Positions 59,854-64,000 of a stretch of 64,000 nucleotides of DNA are shown one piece after another. Position numbers and translations under genes: made by a program. The notes under the pieces were generated by a model. That model searched no databases. It was not told where the DNA came from and saw only the letters and a list, made by a program, of their open reading frames with translations. The first letter of the stretch is position 1, and every line of letters begins with the position of its first letter. Source of the stretch: Desulfomicrobium sp. (GTDB lineage Bacteria > Desulfobacterota > Desulfovibrionia > Desulfovibrionales > Desulfomicrobiaceae); contig JAXGMI010000001.1 in NCBI GenBank assembly GCA_040768745.1, positions 1,440,001 to 1,504,000 of the forward strand. Reading direction: 5' to 3'.

Positions 59854-59972
59854 CGGGCAGGACCTTCCGTGAAGCAGTGAGCAGGATTCGTGACGAAGAG
59901 CACACGATACGTTCAAGAAATCAAGAAGGAGCGGTGGATCGTTTTGTCCAGGCATCGCGTTCAGCACCCAAT

Positions 59973-59989
59973 AGCACTATACATGCCAA
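59973..59989 (-). promoter_or_regulatory. Sigma-54 promoter for the small exported protein
   Basis: TTGGCATGTATAGTGCT (GG-N10-GC) with an AT-rich tract upstream. Confidence 0.6.
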
Positions 59990-60139
59990 TTTTTAACTAT
60001 CTGAGATCATATTTTATTTTTTCCATGTCGGCTTGCTTGCAGAAACCGGAGTTCTGATTTTGAAATTTCTCCATTGGTGAGCCATGTCCAGGGAAGGGAG
60101 GGCGTGCGGAATTGGAAGTTCTTGTTTGTAAAAGGAGAA

Positions 60140-61543
60140 TCATGAGTTCCGTTGATTGCGCAGTCTGAAGGATTTCTTGTCCAGATGATGCCTGGTCATG
60201 AGTTTGTGCAGCTGCCGGGTTGTGATGCCGGCCATGTCTGCGCTTTTTTTGATGCTGCCGCCGCAGGACTGCAGCAGGGTCCAGAGGTAGCGGCGTTCGA
60301 ACTCCTCGATGGCCGCGGTCCGGGCTGCGTGCAAGGGCAGTAAGCTGTCGGAGCGGGGGGAGTCCATGGACGGGGTATCCGGGCGGAAGGCCAATAGCTC
60401 CAGTGGCAGGCTCTCGGCCTGGATCTGGTCTGTTTCCTCCAGGATGCAGGCCCGCTCCACAATGTTCTCCAGTTCCCGTACGTTGCCCGGCCAGGCGTAG
60501 TGTTCCAGAGCAGCCGCAGCCCGGGGGTGAATGGCGGCGATGTTCTTGCCGGCCTCCTGACAGAAATTTCCGATGAACTCATTGGCCAGAGGCAGGATGT
60601 CCTCGGTCCTTTGCCGCAGGGGCGGCACTTCAATGGGGAAGACGTTCAAGCGGTAAAAGAGATCCCAGCGGAATTTACCTTGTTCGCACAGTGCGGCCGG
60701 GTCTTCGTTGGTGGCGGCAATAATGCGCACATCGCAAGGGATGAGGCGTTCCCCGCCGACCCGTTCGAAGGCCTTTTCCTGCAATATGTGCAGCAGCTTG
60801 ATCTGGGCGGCAGGGGTGATGGTTCCGATTTCATCGAGAAAGATGGTGCCCCCGTCGGCCAGTTCGAATTTTCCCTTGCGGGATTTGGATGCGCCGGTGA
60901 AGGCCCCTTTTTCATGCCCGAAGAGCTCGCTTTCGATCAGTGATTCGGGCAGGGCCCCGCAATGGACCCTGACAAACTGCCGGTTCCCCCGCGCGCTGTG
61001 CTGGTGGATGAGCTTGGCCAGATAGCTCTTGCCGGTACCGGTTTCTCCGGTCAACAGGACCGTGGTCCTTGTGGGCGCCACCATCTGTACCTTGCGGTAG
61101 ACGTCGCGCATCACTGCCGAGCGCGTCAATCTGCCCACGTCGATGCCTGGCGAGGAGGATGCCGGCGAAAGGGTATCTTCGTTCAACTCCAAGGCCACCC
61201 TGCTCAGGGACAGATGAATGTTGCGGGATTCGAAAGGGGGAAGCAGGGGCTCGGCATGATACTGACGCAACAGGCTCGATTCGGGCAGCACGGAACCGTC
61301 ATGGACCATGAACAGGATCCGGCAGGAAGGGGTCCGTCCGGCAACGTTTTCCAGGTATTCGCGCACGCTGTCGGCGTCATGCAGGTCGGTCAGGTCAAGG
61401 AGCAGGATTTCCTGCCGCTGGTGTATGGCAGGCAGGGCATCGTTCATGGTCCTCACGCTGGTGTCGAATTCGTCTCCGGCCGCGCTCAAAAGAAGGTCCC
61501 GCATGTCCCGGTGACTGGTGTAGATGGTCAAATGACGGGGCAT
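60140..61543 (-). CDS. Sigma-54-dependent enhancer-binding protein (degenerate receiver, AAA+, HTH)
   Basis: GETGTGKS, ESELFGHEKGAFTGA, FLDEIG, LFYRLNV, WPGNVRELEN, C-terminal HTH. Confidence 0.93.
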   Translation of the reverse strand: MPRHLTIYTSHRDMRDLLLSAAGDEFDTSVRTMNDALPAIHQRQEILLLDLTDLHDADSVREYLENVAGRTPSCRILFMVHDGSVLPESSLLRQYHAEPLLPPFESRNIHLSLSRVALELNEDTLSPASSSPGIDVGRLTRSAVMRDVYRKVQMVAPTRTTVLLTGETGTGKSYLAKLIHQHSARGNRQFVRVHCGALPESLIESELFGHEKGAFTGASKSRKGKFELADGGTIFLDEIGTITPAAQIKLLHILQEKAFERVGGERLIPCDVRIIAATNEDPAALCEQGKFRWDLFYRLNVFPIEVPPLRQRTEDILPLANEFIGNFCQEAGKNIAAIHPRAAAALEHYAWPGNVRELENIVERACILEETDQIQAESLPLELLAFRPDTPSMDSPRSDSLLPLHAARTAAIEEFERRYLWTLLQSCGGSIKKSADMAGITTRQLHKLMTRHHLDKKSFRLRNQRNS

Positions 61544-62667
61544 TTCGCTTCTCCCAAGGTGGACAGGATGATCCTGGCGGCGCGCCTGGCGGCGTGACCC
61601 CCGCCAAGGAGGCCTGGCAGGGAGGCCAGTCTGGTCAGGACATCCGTCCTGGACCGGCTATCGGGAATCCATTGCGCAAGACGTGCGGCAATGGCCCAAG
61701 GTGTGGCCTCCTGCTGCAGGAATTCAGGGAAAACTTCTGTGCCAAGAATCAAATTGGGCAGGGAAATGAAGGGCACCCGCACAAGGGCCCTGCCCAGGGC
61801 ATAGGTCAACCTCGAGAATTTATAGGCAACGACTGTGGGCACTCCAAGGAGGGCCGTTTCCAAGGTGGCAGTTCCCGAAGCGGCCATGATGGCCCGGCAA
61901 GACCGCATGGTGGCGTACCGCGTGTCGCTGTCGGTCAGGGCAATGGGCTGTCTGGCGGTCCAGAAGCGGGCAATGAGCTGTGGATCCATGCCCGGCGCCA
62001 CAGGCAGGACGAATTCAAGATCCGGGCAGCTCGTGGCCAGCAGGTCGGCTGCACGGGAGAAGACGGGCAAGAGGGCCGCGATCTCGCGCTCTCTGCTCCC
62101 TGGAAGGATGCCGACGCGCCGGGGTTGATCTGCCACTGCCAGGATTTCAGGACGACGGACAGAATCCAGCAGGGGGTGCCCCACATAGTCGACATGCATC
62201 CCGTGACGGGCGTAGAAGTCCACCTCAAAGGGCAGGATGGAGATGAGGCGGTCCACATGGCGAGAGATGAAGCGGGTCCTCCCTGCACGCCAAGCCCAAA
62301 GTTTGGGACTGATGTAATAGATGACAGGTATGCCGAGATTGCGTGCAGTGCGGGCCACGCGGAAGTGAAAATCCGGGGCGTCGATGACCACAACCACGTC
62401 GGGCCGTGTTTCCATCAGGTTTATCTTCAGGGTATGTAAAAGGCGCAGAATTTTTGGAAGCTGGACAAGGACCTCAGTGATGCCCATGACCGAGAGATGT
62501 TCTGTTTCAAGCTTTGCCTCAACGCCTTCGGCGCGCATGGCCGGCCCGGCCATGCCGAGAAAACGGGCGTCGGGACACTGTTCTCGCAAGGCCTGGACCA
62601 GGAGCTGGCCGTGCAGATCCCCCGAGGTTTCTCCGGCGTTGATCCAGATGGTGGGCGTGTTCATCAT
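61528..62667 (-). CDS. lpxB: Lipid-A-disaccharide synthase
   Basis: AGETSGD, SVMGITEV, IDAPDF, SPKLWAWR, VGHPL, LPGSR, SGTATLE, PEFLQ. Confidence 0.95.
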   Translation of the reverse strand: MMNTPTIWINAGETSGDLHGQLLVQALREQCPDARFLGMAGPAMRAEGVEAKLETEHLSVMGITEVLVQLPKILRLLHTLKINLMETRPDVVVVIDAPDFHFRVARTARNLGIPVIYYISPKLWAWRAGRTRFISRHVDRLISILPFEVDFYARHGMHVDYVGHPLLDSVRRPEILAVADQPRRVGILPGSREREIAALLPVFSRAADLLATSCPDLEFVLPVAPGMDPQLIARFWTARQPIALTDSDTRYATMRSCRAIMAASGTATLETALLGVPTVVAYKFSRLTYALGRALVRVPFISLPNLILGTEVFPEFLQQEATPWAIAARLAQWIPDSRSRTDVLTRLASLPGLLGGGHAARRAARIILSTLGEAKCPVI

Positions 62668-62750
62668 GGGGAGCCAATAGTCCCTTGGCGGATAAATAAC
62701 AAGACATCTAACCCCTTGCTATGCATGGATCTTTGGCATAGGGCAGGTCC

Positions 62751-63140
62751 ATGCGCAGCACCATTTCCCGACGTTTGCACACTTCGATCTGGGGTGTCTA
62801 TCTTGCCGCCCTGGTCATTTTTTCCCTGCTCCCGTCGTTCGCCCCTCCGGGGCCTGCAAACAGCGACAAATTCATGCATCTTGCCGCATACTTGATTCTG
62901 ACATGTCTGTGGCCTGAATTCATTCTTCAGTCCCCCAGTACAAGGTTTCTGGCCGCTGCGGGCCTGGGGGCTGTTCTGGAATGCGGGCAGGGGATCCTTC
63001 CCACAGGGCGGTACGCAGAGGTTTGGGACGCTGTGGCCAATGCAGCGGGCGCAGGAATCGGCCTCCTTGTTCAGCGCGCCGTTTGGGGCGCAAAAGATGG
63101 GGCGCGTAGCCGGAAGGCGTCCGGCGGGGGGAGGGCATGA
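62751..63140 (+). CDS. VanZ family membrane protein
   Basis: DKFMHLAAY, ECGQ, GRYAEVWDAVANAAG. Confidence 0.8.
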   Translation: MRSTISRRLHTSIWGVYLAALVIFSLLPSFAPPGPANSDKFMHLAAYLILTCLWPEFILQSPSTRFLAAAGLGAVLECGQGILPTGRYAEVWDAVANAAGAGIGLLVQRAVWGAKDGARSRKASGGGRA

Positions 63141-64000
63141 GCCCGGTCGAGATCTGGACCCAGATTCTGTACCCCCTTCTGAAGCTGGTGGTCTTTGTCT
63201 CTGTGGGACTTTTTGTCGGAAATCTGATCGAGGCCCTGCAATGGACCCGCTTTGTGGCCAGGCTGGCCCAGCCCCTGGCCCGCATCGGTCGGTTGTGCGA
63301 CATTTCGGCGGCCAGTTTTTCAGTGGCCTTCTTTTCCGGGATCACGGCCAACGCCATGCTCGCCGAAGCCTATGACAAGGGCCAGCTCAGCCGGCGGGAA
63401 CTGATCCTGTCCAACCTTTTCAACAGCGTGCCAACCTATTTTTTACACCTGCCGAGCATGGTCTTCATCACCGCCCCCATTCTCAAATCGGCCGCCTTTG
63501 TCTATCTGGGCATCACCGTCGGGTCGGCGGTGCTGAGGACCTTGAGCATCCTGATTCTGGGCCGTTTGATGCTGCGAGGCATGGACCGCTGTTTTGAGAC
63601 CCCCATGCCGACCAGTGAGCAGGCGTCATGGCGACAGGTGCTGGACAAAACCTGGAGGCGTTTTCGGCGGCGGATCAAGAAGATCGTCCTCATCACCGTG
63701 CCCATCTACATCGGGATGCATATCCTGCAGCGGGCCGGCATGTTCGCGGCCATGGAACAGTTCATGGCCAGCCACATGTCCGGTCTGCCCTGGCTCCACC
63801 CTCAGTCCATGGGCATCATCGCCTTTCAATTGGCGGCGGAGTTTTCGGCCGGCATGGCCGCGGCCGGCGCCCTCCTGGACTCGGGATCCATGTCCGTGCG
63901 GGACGTGGTCATAGCCCTGGTCGTGGGCAATGTGCTGTCCTCTCCCATGCGCGCCTTCCGACATCAGTTTCCGTACTACGCAGGCATCTACAGGCCGGTC
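63137..64000 (+). CDS. Membrane protein, probably nucleoside-recognition (Gate) domain (runs off the window)
   Basis: Manual translation MSPVEIWTQILYPLLKLVVFVSVGLFVGNLIEAL...SFSVAFFSGITANAML...; ATGA overlap with the vanZ stop; open to the window end. Confidence 0.7.
   Translation, partial: MSPVEIWTQILYPLLKLVVFVSVGLFVGNLIEALQWTRFVARLAQPLARIGRLCDISAASFSVAFFSGITANAMLAEAYDKGQLSRRELILSNLFNSVPTYFLHLPSMVFITAPILKSAAFVYLGITVGSAVLRTLSILILGRLMLRGMDRCFETPMPTSEQASWRQVLDKTWRRFRRRIKKIVLITVPIYIGMHILQRAGMFAAMEQFMASHMSGLPWLHPQSMGIIAFQLAAEFSAGMAAAGALLDSGSMSVRDVVIALVVGNVLSSPMRAFRHQFPYYAGIYRPV

Noticed and set aside
161..64000. Many long antisense or alternate-frame ORFs (e.g. 3319-4833, 11363-12913, 17702-19189, 38414-40294, 40304-42025, 54590-56251)
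   Set aside because: Shadow ORFs expected from high-GC codon bias opposite well-supported genes.

Overview
A GC-rich chromosomal window from a sulfate-reducing deltaproteobacterium. Gene order and protein style suggest Desulfovibrionales, probably Desulfomicrobium-like (inference, no search run). Most of it is housekeeping. The minus strand carries a supra-operon yceD-rpmF-plsX-fabH-fabG-acpP-fabF-glyA-dCMP deaminase-ribD-ribE-ribBA-ribH-nusB-leuS. Other genes are rpmB, sodB, an RlmL-like methylase, gltX, a Grx/FTR/Nfu redox trio, a DegT aminotransferase, rarD, mtgA, a nitroreductase, yhaM-tmk-GT2, a 2-oxoacid:ferredoxin oxidoreductase operon running into surE-fba-gap, dnaE-queD-dtd, a flagellar block (CgeB-like GT, fliK, flgD, flgE, flaG, flagellin), rnc, an acyl-CoA ligase-like/DRTGG pair, cimA, a sigma-54 activator and lpxB. 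Standout elements: (1) an IS1182-family element that duplicated a whole 17-bp terminator hairpin between rpmB and sodB and carries hairpins in both ends; (2) a ~7.6-kb mosaic giant surface-protein gene (DUF4347, 42-aa repeats, VCBS-like modules, lipase, RTX, Ig-like, propeller-like repeats, DUF4214-like C-terminus) broken by one 1-bp frameshift and one in-frame TGA; (3) a complete Ile-rich leader-peptide attenuator upstream of cimA that the ORF track misses; (4) a MITE-like hairpin and REP-like palindromes; (5) several sigma-54 promoters; (6) head-to-head genes (rnc and the ligase) with start codons only 13 bp apart. No tRNA, rRNA or CRISPR array was seen.
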